NCBI GenBank assembly: GCA_965223005.1
Contig: CBDCVK010000010.1
Location: forward strand, 256,001-320,000
Direction: 5' to 3'
Origin: Terriglobia bacterium
GTDB lineage: Bacteria; Acidobacteriota; Terriglobia; JAJPHL01; JAPKYU01
Length of the DNA stretch: 64,000 nt
The position numbers were made by a program, and so were the translations under genes. Shown here one piece after another: positions 51,295 to 61,153 of this stretch (positions are counted from its first letter, which is position 1; each line of letters begins with the position of its first letter). The notes under the pieces were generated by a model. It searched no databases, was not told the DNA's origin, and saw nothing but the letters and a program-made list of their open reading frames with translations.

Positions 51295-51565
51295 GTGCAA
51301 CTTCTTTGCAACAAAAAAGCACTCCATTCGCCACCTCCGCCTTGACTGTGAAAGCTCCAGAGACTAGAATCTAGTTGAAACTTAGTTGCATCTAGAAGGG
51401 CTCGGCATGCAATTCGCTCCTGTACGGCATGCGCGTCTGGTCTTGTGTCCAGGAACCCTGGTCTCCCCCTCTCGATGTCGGCGATGCAGGGCTGATATGG
51501 ACTCGAAGCGGCGCGCAGTCGCAGTCAGCCCCGACATCTCGCAAGCAATTGAAATTTTATTGCAA
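51295..51565 (+). promoter_or_regulatory. Sigma70 promoter with three Fur-like operator boxes
   Basis: TTGACT(51342)-17 nt-TAGAAT(51365); boxes GTGCAA-N5-TTGCAA (51295), TTGAAA-N5-TTGCAT (51375), TTGAAA-N5-TTGCAA (51549). Confidence 0.6.
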
Positions 51566-51603
51566 CTAGGCCGAGTTTCCTCCCTGAGAAGAACGCCTAC
51601 CGT

Positions 51604-53982
51604 ATGAGATCCCTTTACCGCTCGGTCGGTCTACTTGCTCTGTTCGCAATTGTGCCCATGGGTCTGGGAGCTCAGACAATCCAGGGTGTCGTCACCGATC
51701 CCCTAGGCGTGCCGGTCATGGGTGTGCGGGTAGAGCTAATCCAGAGCGGGATGCAGGCCTGGACGAGCGGAACTGGCCACTACGAGATCCGAAACGTCAG
51801 CGCTGGAAGGTACACAATCCGTGTCCTGTCGGACGATTTCGAGGCGGTAGAAGCTCAAGTCCAGGTGCCAGCCGGGGGCATTCTCCGTCACGATTTCCGG
51901 TTCGCGGCCGTCCGCAGCAGTGCAACCTCGATTGAGGTGGTCGGGGAGTCGCGCGATGTCCTAAGAGAGATTCCAGGCTCGGTTTTCCTGATCGCGAAGG
52001 AAGAGTTGCGCGATTCCAAACCCATCGATGCCAATGAGGTGCTGCGACGTGTGCCCGGCGTGAACCTTCGCGAGGACTCCGGTCCTGTAGCCATGAGGTT
52101 GAATGTGGGTCTCCGCGGGCTCAACCCGGACCGGAGCAGGAAAGTGCTCATGCTGGAAGATGGCATTCCGATCTCCCTGGCGCCCTACGGAGAGCCCGAG
52201 ATGTACTATTCTCCGCCTATTGAACGCATGCGGCGCGTTGAAGTTCTCAAAGGCAGCGGGCAGATCGCACATGGTCCCCAGACCATAGGGGGCGTCCTGA
52301 ACTTCGTCACGCCCGATCCCCCGCCTAGCACACGCGGAGAACTGGATTTGGCGGGCGGCCAACGTGGGTTCTTCAGCGGAAGAGCTTCTCTTGGCGGTAG
52401 CAGCCGCGACCAGTCGAGCGGTTGGTTCCTCAACTTTCTCCGCAAGCAAGGGGACGGTTTTCGCGACTTCTATTTTGATATTAACGATGTCCAGTCCAAG
52501 TTCACACTGAAACCCTCGGAGAATCACAGCTTCGCAATCAAGCTCGGAGTCTACGACGAACGTTCCAACTCCACTTACCTGGGGCTCACCACGCCCATGT
52601 TCCTGGCCGACCCTACCCAAAACGCTGTGCCAAACGACCTGTTGGGGGTGCGGCGGTATTCGGGTTCCATCGCCCATACGACCGGGCTGAGTCCGAATGC
52701 TGTCTTGATGACAACCTTCTTCGCTTACAACACGGTCCGTAATTGGCGGCGGCAGGATTGGGACCGTGGTGATAACGGGAGAGATTATCTCGGTATCGCC
52801 GGCGACCCTACAATTCTGGGGGGCGGGGTTTTTCTTCGGAATTCCACCGGCAACCGGAATCGAGAGTTCCAGGTGGTCGGCATCCAGAGCAACCTCTCCT
52901 ACGAACACAGGTGGGGGGGGATCCGCAACAAACTCGATACTGGAATCCGCTATCTCTACGAAGATGCGGACGACAAGCGCATCAATGGCGACCGCTTCGA
53001 CTCCTCAACGGGGCTGATTCGGGACTACGAAGACCGTTTCGGTAACGCCGTGTCCGTCTTTGTCCAGAACCGCTTCTTTCTTACTCAGAAGCTGATCTTG
53101 ACGCCCGGCGTTCGGATCGAAAAATACGGCTACGAACGACACATTCTGCGGCAGCGTGTCGATGGCGTTCCGACAGACGTGAACATCCGGAAAAGTCAGC
53201 ACTTGGTCAAAGCGGTTCCGGGGTTGGGCCTATCCTATCAACTGGACCCGACGGTGACCGTGTTTGGCGGCGTGCATCGCGGCTTCGCGCCCCCGCGAAC
53301 CAAAGATGCAATCACGAGGGAGGGGCAGTCGCTGGACCTGGATGCGGAGTTGAGCTGGAACTACGAAACTGGCGTTCGCTTCGGTCCCCAGCGGGTTGTG
53401 CGGGGCGAGGTCACCTTCTTCCGGATGGACTTCGAAAACCAGATCATCCCCGCGGCGGAATCCGGTGGTGCCACCACTACGCTGATCAATGGTGGGGAGA
53501 CCCTCCACCAAGGCCTGGAAGCCAGCCTGCGCGTCAATTGGAACGAGCTGGTCGGCAGCTCGTGGGTGATTTATACCGATATTCGACACATGTATCTGCC
53601 GACGGCCAAGTTTACGCGCAATTTCCTTTTTGCGGACAATCGCCTTCCTTACGCACCGAGAACTACTTCTTCTTTTATGGTTGGCTTTCGGCAGCCTGGG
53701 AGATTCGGCTTCCAGCTCGACGCCAGCTACATAAACAAGCAGTTCGGAGACAACCTGAACACCATTACGCCCTCGCCCGACGGCACAATCGGACTATTGC
53801 CTGGCTACACGATTTGGAATCTGGGGTTCGACTATACGATCCAGCGGGAGCGCCTCCAGCTCAAGCCTTACTTCACGATCAAGAACCTGACGGACAAGAT
53901 TTATATTTCCTCTCGCGCTCCCCAGGGCATCCAGCCGGGCATGTTCCGACAGGTTAACGCCGGGATACGATTCGCCTTCTGA
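51604..53982 (+). CDS. TonB-dependent receptor, FecA-like
   Basis: Signal peptide, LRRVPGV, LEDGIP, EVLKGS, GGVLNF plug motifs, C-terminal Phe. Confidence 0.9.
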   Translation: MRSLYRSVGLLALFAIVPMGLGAQTIQGVVTDPLGVPVMGVRVELIQSGMQAWTSGTGHYEIRNVSAGRYTIRVLSDDFEAVEAQVQVPAGGILRHDFRFAAVRSSATSIEVVGESRDVLREIPGSVFLIAKEELRDSKPIDANEVLRRVPGVNLREDSGPVAMRLNVGLRGLNPDRSRKVLMLEDGIPISLAPYGEPEMYYSPPIERMRRVEVLKGSGQIAHGPQTIGGVLNFVTPDPPPSTRGELDLAGGQRGFFSGRASLGGSSRDQSSGWFLNFLRKQGDGFRDFYFDINDVQSKFTLKPSENHSFAIKLGVYDERSNSTYLGLTTPMFLADPTQNAVPNDLLGVRRYSGSIAHTTGLSPNAVLMTTFFAYNTVRNWRRQDWDRGDNGRDYLGIAGDPTILGGGVFLRNSTGNRNREFQVVGIQSNLSYEHRWGGIRNKLDTGIRYLYEDADDKRINGDRFDSSTGLIRDYEDRFGNAVSVFVQNRFFLTQKLILTPGVRIEKYGYERHILRQRVDGVPTDVNIRKSQHLVKAVPGLGLSYQLDPTVTVFGGVHRGFAPPRTKDAITREGQSLDLDAELSWNYETGVRFGPQRVVRGEVTFFRMDFENQIIPAAESGGATTTLINGGETLHQGLEASLRVNWNELVGSSWVIYTDIRHMYLPTAKFTRNFLFADNRLPYAPRTTSSFMVGFRQPGRFGFQLDASYINKQFGDNLNTITPSPDGTIGLLPGYTIWNLGFDYTIQRERLQLKPYFTIKNLTDKIYISSRAPQGIQPGMFRQVNAGIRFAF

Positions 53983-54208
53983 CCACGCTCTCAGGTCATG
54001 GATTCAACCCAGGACTTCCCTGCTGGAGCCGGAGGGCGCAATTGGGGTCGAACAGTTTCCTGGGATCCAGAACCGCGCTAATATCGGCCTTTCCGGACCC
54101 CTGAGGTGACGGCGGTTGAGATTTTGCGGCCGGCAACTTCAGACCTTCCCAAATCTTGTGCGGCCCGATAGAATAGAGGAAGCGAGTTCGTATTTTGGAG
54201 CGGTGGCG

Positions 54209-55270
54209 ATGAAGGGTGGCGATAGGCAATGGGTTCGAAAGTCGGCGACCCTGGTGATGGCGGTCGCGCTGGGATTCGTACTGTGTCGGGCGCAAAGCTC
54301 GCCCGAGCTGGAGACATCCTCCTCCGACCCCGACCTCCGCATCACTGTCGAGCGCGTCCACGTGCCTTTTACGGTCACTGACCACAAGGACCGTTTTGTC
54401 ACTGACCTCAAGCAAACCGATTTCACCGTTTATGAAGATGGTAAAAAGGTACCCGTAGACTTCTTCACCCCCATCTCCATGCTGCCATTGCGCGTCGGGC
54501 TGTTGTTGGACACCAGCAACAGCGTCCGGATGCAGTTCAAGGGTGAGAAAACCGCCGCCATTGATTTCGTCCACTCGCTGCTAAAGGGCAAGACCAAGCA
54601 CAGAATCTTCCTGATGACCTTTGACACCACCAAGGACGTGGTGACGGATTTCACCAACGACCCAAACGATCTGTCGGAAGCGGTGCGCAAGTTGAGGGTG
54701 GGCGGCGGCACGGCTTTGTTTGAGGCCATCTATTTTGCCTGCCGTGAAAAGTTGCTCCGAGAGACCGAGCCGGGCGGGCTGCGCCGGGTGCTGGTCGTCA
54801 TCACCGACGGGGAAGACGATGCCAGCCGGTACACTCTGGAGCAGGTGGTGGACATGGCACGCCGGGCCGAGGTCACCATCTACGCCATCAGCACCATTGC
54901 TCACGGCAGGACCAGTCCGGGAGAGAAAGTGCTGAAGAAACTGACCGCGGAGACCGGCGGCAGGATCGTCGCTCCCTGGAAGGAACCTCCTTCGGCTGAG
55001 TACGGCACCGGCAAACTGTCTCGGCTCCAGATCGGCAATACGAACGCCATCTATCAGATTGGCACGGGAAAGCACGCAGCAGAAGCTGCCGCCCAATTGG
55101 CTACGGCGCTAGCCCGAATCCAAAGAGAGCTGGAGCTGCAGTACACCATCGGCTATCGCCCGCCCAAGCCGGTAGTCGACGGGAAATTCCGCGAGATCAG
55201 GGTGGTGGCCCGCGAGGAGGATCTAAAGATTCGCGCTCGCAAGGGCTACTACGTCCGGCCGCCGTTGTAG
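54209..55270 (+). CDS. Acidobacterial-type VWA domain protein
   Basis: VTDHKDRFV, DTSNS (MIDAS), GGTALF, ITDGED, QYTIGY, RARKGYY. Confidence 0.88.
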   Translation: MKGGDRQWVRKSATLVMAVALGFVLCRAQSSPELETSSSDPDLRITVERVHVPFTVTDHKDRFVTDLKQTDFTVYEDGKKVPVDFFTPISMLPLRVGLLLDTSNSVRMQFKGEKTAAIDFVHSLLKGKTKHRIFLMTFDTTKDVVTDFTNDPNDLSEAVRKLRVGGGTALFEAIYFACREKLLRETEPGGLRRVLVVITDGEDDASRYTLEQVVDMARRAEVTIYAISTIAHGRTSPGEKVLKKLTAETGGRIVAPWKEPPSAEYGTGKLSRLQIGNTNAIYQIGTGKHAAEAAAQLATALARIQRELELQYTIGYRPPKPVVDGKFREIRVVAREEDLKIRARKGYYVRPPL

Positions 55271-55553
55271 TTCACGCCATCCCATCCGATACGCGAAGTA
55301 CATAGCTTTGGTAAATGGTTGCGCGCCGGCGTGCCACTACCGGCGTCTCAGCGCAGGGCTTGGCTTCTATATGTGGCCTGGGTCCCACTTGTCGCAGGCA
55401 CCGGGCGTGGGTCCCGGCAATGCATAGGAGGAATTCGGAGTGGGCCCGGCCCTCCATGTAGGAGGCGTGAGGGGTTTAGGAGAATCAGGGACCGGGCCTT
55501 GCCCGTCTTAAACCCGGTCCTTGACGGGAAGTTGCGCTGGCAATCTATGCCTT

Positions 55554-55657
55554 GGCGGCGGCGCTCGCGCCTTTCTCGATGGGCGCGTCTATTGAATCCG
55601 GGCGGACGCCGATTCTCCGGCGGCATCCTGAACTTCGCTGTGGTTCGCGAGAGCCCC
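55554..55657 (+). ncRNA. Candidate structured ncRNA (core recalls Acido-Lenti-1)
   Basis: Hairpins CGCGCC/GGCGCG and CGCCG-attctc-CGGCG flanked by TATTGAA and TGAAC; TTGACG upstream; family name from memory only. Confidence 0.4.
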
Positions 55658-55787
55658 TAGTGTAAAGTCAACGCGACCTGGCGTAGTATGACGTGCATTT
55701 CGAAAGTTACAGTGCTAATGATCGAGCGTCTCTGGGAAGCCGAAGTCAAGACGTCGTTCCGGAGGGAATCTCGTGAAGGAGTAAGGG

Positions 55788-56903
55788 ATGAGCAAGATAC
55801 GAGTACTGGTTGGCACACGCAAGGGCGCATTCGTCCTGACGTCGGACGCAAAGCGCGAACGCTGGGACATCAGTGGCCCCCACTTTGGGGGCTGGGCGAT
55901 CTTCCATCTCAAGGGGTCTCCCGCTGACCCGAATAGGCTGTATGCGTCGCAGTCCAGCGACTGGTTCGGGCAGGTGATGCAGGGCTCGAACGACGGTGGC
56001 AAGACTTGGGAACCGGTGGGTAACAAGTTCGTGTACGAGGGCGTCCCTGGCACTCACCAGTGGTACGATGGCACGCCGCACCCCTGGGAGTTCAAGCGAG
56101 TCTGGCATCTCGAACCGTCGCTTACCGATCCGGACACTGTTTACGCCGGGGTTGAAGACGCCGCCTTGTTCCGTTCTACCGACGGCGGCCAGACGTGGCA
56201 GGAACTCGCCGGACTGCGCGGCCACGGCACGGGGCCCCGGTGGCAGCCAGGCGCCGGCGGGCTGTGCCTGCACACGATCCTTCTTGATCCGAGCGGTCCC
56301 GGACGGATCGTCATCGCCATCTCGGCTGCGGGCGCATTCCGGACCGACAACGTCGGCAAGACGTGGCGACCGATCAACCGTGGACTGAAGTCCGAACACA
56401 TCCCCGACCCGAATGCCGAGGTGGGCCATTGCGTTCATCACATCGCGATGCACCCGTCGCGTCCTGACGTGCTGTTCATGCAGAAACACTGGGACGTCAT
56501 GCGCAGCGACGACGCCGGCGAGTCGTGGCAAGAGGTCAGCGGGAACTTGCCGACCGACTTCGGGTTCCCGATCGAGGTGCATGCGCACGAGCCGGACACT
56601 GTCTACGTCGTCCCGATCAAGAGCGACTCCGAGCACTATCCGCCCGAGGGAAAGCTGCGCGTGTACCGCAGCCGGACGGGGGGAAACGAGTGGGAGGCGC
56701 TCACGAAAGGTCTGCCGCAAAGCAACTGCTACGTCAACGTGTTGCGCGACTCGATGGCCGTCGACTCGCTCGATCCGTGCGGTGTGTATTTCGGCACGAC
56801 CGGCGGTCAGGTGTACGCGTCGGCTGATGCCGGAGACAGATGGACTCCTATCGTCCGGGATCTTCCGCCCGTGTTGTCTGTCGAAGTCCAGATGCTGCCA
56901 TGA
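55788..56903 (+). CDS. BNR/Asp-box repeat (sialidase-like) beta-propeller
   Basis: [36 protein letters not shown]. Confidence 0.85.
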   Translation: MSKIRVLVGTRKGAFVLTSDAKRERWDISGPHFGGWAIFHLKGSPADPNRLYASQSSDWFGQVMQGSNDGGKTWEPVGNKFVYEGVPGTHQWYDGTPHPWEFKRVWHLEPSLTDPDTVYAGVEDAALFRSTDGGQTWQELAGLRGHGTGPRWQPGAGGLCLHTILLDPSGPGRIVIAISAAGAFRTDNVGKTWRPINRGLKSEHIPDPNAEVGHCVHHIAMHPSRPDVLFMQKHWDVMRSDDAGESWQEVSGNLPTDFGFPIEVHAHEPDTVYVVPIKSDSEHYPPEGKLRVYRSRTGGNEWEALTKGLPQSNCYVNVLRDSMAVDSLDPCGVYFGTTGGQVYASADAGDRWTPIVRDLPPVLSVEVQMLP

Positions 56904-57199
56904 TCCGAGTCGTGCTCCCGGCACATCTGCGGACTCTGGCGCACATCGAGGGCGAGGTGAAGCTCCACGTTGAAGGTCCGGTTACGCAGCGCTCGGTCCT
57001 CGACGCTCTCGAGGCCAGGTATCCGATGTTGCGAGGGACGTTCCGCGACCACGTCACGCAACAGCGCCGAGCGTTCCTCAGGTTCTTCGCCTGCGAGCAC
57101 GATCTGTCCCACGAACTACCGGACACCCCGCTGCCCGAGGCGGTCGCGATAGGGGCCGAACCTTTTATTGTCGTGGGGGCCATAGCAGCCCGTGTCTAA
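56900..57199 (+). CDS. MoaD/ThiS family Ubl, C-terminal GG replaced by IS sequence
   Basis: [18 protein letters not shown] then IS-derived ARV-stop; intact GAIAGG-TAA reappears ending at 58307. Confidence 0.85.
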   Translation: MIRVVLPAHLRTLAHIEGEVKLHVEGPVTQRSVLDALEARYPMLRGTFRDHVTQQRRAFLRFFACEHDLSHELPDTPLPEAVAIGAEPFIVVGAIAARV

Positions 57200-58230
57200 A
57201 CCGGCCTTTGGGCCGGCCTCTTTTTCAGGCGGGGCAAGTGAAGAGCAAAGCCGTGAATTTGACCGTTGCACCAGGATAGGGGCGTGGGGGATTCGGGGTG
57301 GGCCATTCTTGTGGCAGTGATCCAGAAAACGAGCAAAAACAGCTCGGTGATGCGGTCTTGCAGGCCTCGCGGGGTTCCCGCCCCCAGCAGCTGGCGCAAA
57401 ACTAGCGCCAGGTTGCAGGCTGCTGCCTGCAGCAACAGTTTCTTTTGCACGTTTATCTTCCCACGGACATACAAGCGTCTCATCCTGCCCGTCTCATACA
57501 TGTGCGCAAACGGACGCTCCAGCATCTCCCCACGTTTCCGCAGCAGCGCCTTCCCTCGCTGCCCCGTCACCCGCCGCCGATTGCGGTAGACCGCCGCCTT
57601 CTGCTCTTCCTTGCCCGTCCATTGCCGCCGTCCCCGCTCCGGCTCCGCAATGTAGGTCCGCACCTCCATCGCCTGCATCTCTGCCAGCACTTCCCCACTG
57701 TGATACCCCTTGTCGGCCACCACCTCTTCCACCCCGTCTCGTTCACCACAAACTCCCCTTCGGCCGTGGGTGGCGATCTGCTCGCCCACCGCCGCGCCGG
57801 CCGCCGGCAGGGTCTGCTGAACCGACGCCGCAGCGCCACAATCGCAGTCGGTCCATGTCGCACGCTCCTTGTAAGCCAGTGCCGTGCGCCCGTCCTTCAG
57901 GCCAGGTATCCGATGTTGCGCTGCAGGGACGTTCCGCGACCACGTCATGGCCGCGCAACAGCGCCGAGGCCCCGTTCGGCCACCAGCCGCAGCACCCATC
58001 CAAACACTTCCTGGTGCGTTCGTCCATCAGCCGCCCTGCGCGAGATCGTCACATCCGGCGTCTGTTCATCCAGCCCAATCTGCAAAAACTGCCGCAAACT
58101 CAAGGAATCGGCCACCCGCCAGGCGATGCCTCGCTCGCTGTCGATCCCCTCGAAGAAGCCGATCAGCATCAACCGGAAGTACATCCCCGGCGGCAACGAC
58201 GGTCGGCCCAGCCGCTCGTGGTAGAACTGC
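57186..58230 (-). mobile_element. Second, partial and scrambled copy of the same IS
   Basis: IR at 57186-57200; matches the 3' part of copy 1 to about 57735, then deletions and interleaved MoaD sequence; no left IR. Confidence 0.88.
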
Positions 58231-58404
58231 CGGACACCCCGCTGCCCGAGGCGGTCGCGATAGGGGCCGAACCTTTTATTGTCGTGGGGGCCATAGCCGG
58301 CGGCTAACGGCCGGCAATCGTTCCGGAAGGAGAGATCAAAGGTGCGCCAGTTGTGCTATGCTGGAGAGCTTGTACAGGGCTATCGCAGGTGTTGAGGCCT
58401 AGGC

Positions 58405-58965
58405 ATGGGCTATCTTCAGAACAAATTCGAGAAGAACTTCATCATCACCTCGGTAGACTACGTGTTCAACTGGGCCCGCAAGTCGGCGATCTGGCCGTTG
58501 ACGTTCGGGCTAGCCTGCTGCGCTATCGAGATGATCGCCTCCAGCACCTCGCGGTTTGATATCGCCCGGTTTGGCGCCGAAGTTTTCCGACCCAGCCCGC
58601 GCCAGGCAGATCTGATGATCGTGGCCGGCACCGTCACCCTGAAGATGGCTCCCGTGCTGAAACGCGTCTACGACCAAATGCCCGATCCCAAGTGGGTCAT
58701 CTCCATGGGCGCCTGTTCCAGTGTGGGCGGCCCCTTCAACACCTACGCGGTCCTGCAGGGAGTGGACAAGATCGTGCCGGTGGACGTGTATGTCATCGGC
58801 TGCCCGCCTCGTCCGGAGAACCTGTTTTACGCGCTCCTCAAGCTGCAAGACAAGATTGACCAGATGAGCCTGGCCAAGCATCCCACCGAAGTGCGGCTGA
58901 CGCCCCCGATGGTAGAAAACTTCAAGAGCCAGGTGATGATCGCCCAGACTTCTCAACCGAAGTAA
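58405..58965 (+). CDS. nuoB: NADH-quinone oxidoreductase subunit B
   Basis: [31 protein letters not shown]. Confidence 0.95.
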   Translation: MGYLQNKFEKNFIITSVDYVFNWARKSAIWPLTFGLACCAIEMIASSTSRFDIARFGAEVFRPSPRQADLMIVAGTVTLKMAPVLKRVYDQMPDPKWVISMGACSSVGGPFNTYAVLQGVDKIVPVDVYVIGCPPRPENLFYALLKLQDKIDQMSLAKHPTEVRLTPPMVENFKSQVMIAQTSQPK

Positions 58966-58984
58966 ACGGGAGGGAACACACCTT

Positions 58985-59290
58985 ATGCTAGCGTTCGTCA
59001 AGGTAGCGGCTGTCGCAGATATTCCTACAGGGACTGTGCGCGAGGTGGAGGCCAACGGCAAGAAAATCGCGGTGGCTAACCTCCAGGGTCAATTCTACGC
59101 GATGGACAATACCTGCCTGCACCGTGGCGGGCCGATTGGCCAGGGCGTGCTGGAGGGGAATGCGGTTGAATGCCCCTGGCACGGCTGGCAGTACGATATG
59201 AAGACCGGGCAGTGTGCTTTCAATCCCGCAGCCAAACTCCCCACCTACGAGGTCAAAGTCGAGGGCGCTGACGTATTGGTCGCCGCTTAA
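58985..59290 (+). CDS. Rieske-type [2Fe-2S] ferredoxin
   Basis: CLH...CPWH. Confidence 0.92.
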   Translation: MLAFVKVAAVADIPTGTVREVEANGKKIAVANLQGQFYAMDNTCLHRGGPIGQGVLEGNAVECPWHGWQYDMKTGQCAFNPAAKLPTYEVKVEGADVLVAA

Positions 59291-59389
59291 AGGACCTGGC
59301 GCCGGAGCCAACCTCTCTCGTCCCCTCGCAAGAGCGCTAAAGCTGATGATTTGGTGAATTGCCGCCGCTTCGCGTCCGGGTGGCGCGTT

Positions 59390-60880
59390 CTAGGGCGTGT
59401 TGCCGCAGTAGGTTTTCGTGATCTGCTGGAGGTGGTAGCCGCGGATGGCCAGGCCCACTGCGGTCCCAAACTCGTGACGGTGATGACGCGCGGCCTGCAT
59501 CAGGAAGCGCCAATAGGCCATTCGCGAACTTCCCAGGACGCCCTGGCGCAGCAAGGAGGTGCCAAAGGCTAGGTAATCGGAAAGCTTGCGAACGGTCTGG
59601 GCAGTGCTCGGTCCACTGTGTTCCAGGAATCGCAACGCGCGGCGGTAGTATTCTTCGGGATTGTAGATGACCTTGAGAAGGTTCTTGTACCCATCGACCA
59701 GCGTCTCGGCATTCATCCGCGGGATGAAGTTCAGCATGCAATCCGTGGCCACGTTATTGCCGCTGCTCTGTATCAGCAGGCGGCCCTCACGCTGGAGGCG
59801 GCGGTAGAGCTGGGTGTTGGGCAGAGCCGTGAGCAACGCGACCATGGCGACGGGGATGGCGCTCGCGCGGATGAAATGCAGTTGCTCTTCGAAGATGTTG
59901 GGCGGATCGTTGTCGAAGCCCACGATGAAGCCACCCATCACTTCCAGACCATAGCTCTGGATCAGACGCACACTCTCCAGCAAATCCTTCCGGGTATTCT
60001 GATATTTCTGCGTCTCGATGAGGCTGGCCTCCACCGGTGTCTCAATTCCCAGGAAGACCTTCACGAAGTTGGCGCGGCGCATTTGCCGCAACAGCTCCTC
60101 GTCCTCGGCCAGGTTCAGTGAAGCCTCGGTGAGGAAGTAAAACGGGTGGTGATTCCGCTCGGTCCATTCGGCGAGCACCGGCAGAAGCTGCTTCACATTG
60201 GGTTTGTTGCCAATGAAATTGTCGTCCACAATGAACACCGAGCCTCGCCATCCGGCGCGCAGCAGCGATTCCAGCTCTTCCACTACCTGCGCGGGACTCT
60301 TGGTGCGTGGTTTGCGTCCGTAAATTTCGATGATGTCACAGAATTCGCAGTTGAACGGGCAGCCGCGTGAATACTGGAGAGCCATGGCACTGTACTTCTG
60401 GATGCGGATCAGGCTTAAGTCCGGCAGCGGCGAGCGAAGCAACGAGGGCCGCTCCGGGTGCCCGTATACCGGCTTCAAGCTCCTGGCTTCGAGGTCGGTG
60501 GCGAGCTGCCCGATCAGGTCTTCGGCCTCGCCCTGCATCACCGCGTCGGCGAGGTGGCTGAAATCCACCCCGCTGGTAATTGGGCCGCCCATGACCACGG
60601 GCAGACCATGGCGCCGGCAGCGGCGCGCCACTTCCTCCATCGACTCCTGCTGGACCAGCATCCCGCTGATCAGCGCCACGTCCGCCCACTTCAGGTCGCG
60701 GTCGCGCAGGGGCTCGACGTTCAAGTCCACCAAACGTCGGTTCCACCCAGCAGGAAAAAGGGGGGCGATGGTCATCAGGCCGAGCGGAGGGAAGGCCGAG
60801 CGCTTCCTCTCGAACTTCAAGGCATGCTTGAAACTCCAGAAGGTGGTAGGGAACTCAGGGTAGAGAAACAAGAGGTTCAT
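59390..60880 (-). CDS. B12-binding radical SAM protein (DUF4070 family)
   Basis: YPEFPTTFWSF, PPLGL, SRGCPFNCEFC, DDNFIGN, GFIVGFDND, LPNTQL. Confidence 0.88.
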   Translation of the reverse strand: MNLLFLYPEFPTTFWSFKHALKFERKRSAFPPLGLMTIAPLFPAGWNRRLVDLNVEPLRDRDLKWADVALISGMLVQQESMEEVARRCRRHGLPVVMGGPITSGVDFSHLADAVMQGEAEDLIGQLATDLEARSLKPVYGHPERPSLLRSPLPDLSLIRIQKYSAMALQYSRGCPFNCEFCDIIEIYGRKPRTKSPAQVVEELESLLRAGWRGSVFIVDDNFIGNKPNVKQLLPVLAEWTERNHHPFYFLTEASLNLAEDEELLRQMRRANFVKVFLGIETPVEASLIETQKYQNTRKDLLESVRLIQSYGLEVMGGFIVGFDNDPPNIFEEQLHFIRASAIPVAMVALLTALPNTQLYRRLQREGRLLIQSSGNNVATDCMLNFIPRMNAETLVDGYKNLLKVIYNPEEYYRRALRFLEHSGPSTAQTVRKLSDYLAFGTSLLRQGVLGSSRMAYWRFLMQAARHHRHEFGTAVGLAIRGYHLQQITKTYCGNTP

Positions 60881-61153
60881 CTTCGCAGTATCCTCAGATC
60901 CAGAAGGGTCTTCAGCTTACAGGCAAACATACAAAGTGCCAAGCGCAAAACGCCAGATGCGACAAAAAGGCAGCTAGCAGTGGCTAGAAGGGGTCCAGCG
61001 GTTCCCGGTGCCGGGTGCTCGATGCAAGTCTCACCACGACCGCCACTTTGGCCTTGCTTGTTGCTACCGGGGTATTAGAAAATAAAATTGACCCTCTCGC
61101 TTTCGGGCAACCTTAAAGGTCCAGCCTAAAAGCATGACTAGGAACCTTGGGAC

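Noticed and set aside
51400-51600. Cobalamin riboswitch before the TonB receptor
   Set aside because: No B12 box or GGGAA...GCCACTG layout; Fur-like boxes fit better
53995-54120. SRP- or 6S-like RNA (minus strand CAGGGGTCCGGAAAGG; CCCAGGA/TCCTGGG stem)
   Set aside because: Lacks the SRP GGAAGCAGC motif and a long rod structure
59339-59352. AAGCTGATGA as a fluoride riboswitch 3' end
   Set aside because: No 5' GATG pseudoknot part, and it lies between convergent genes
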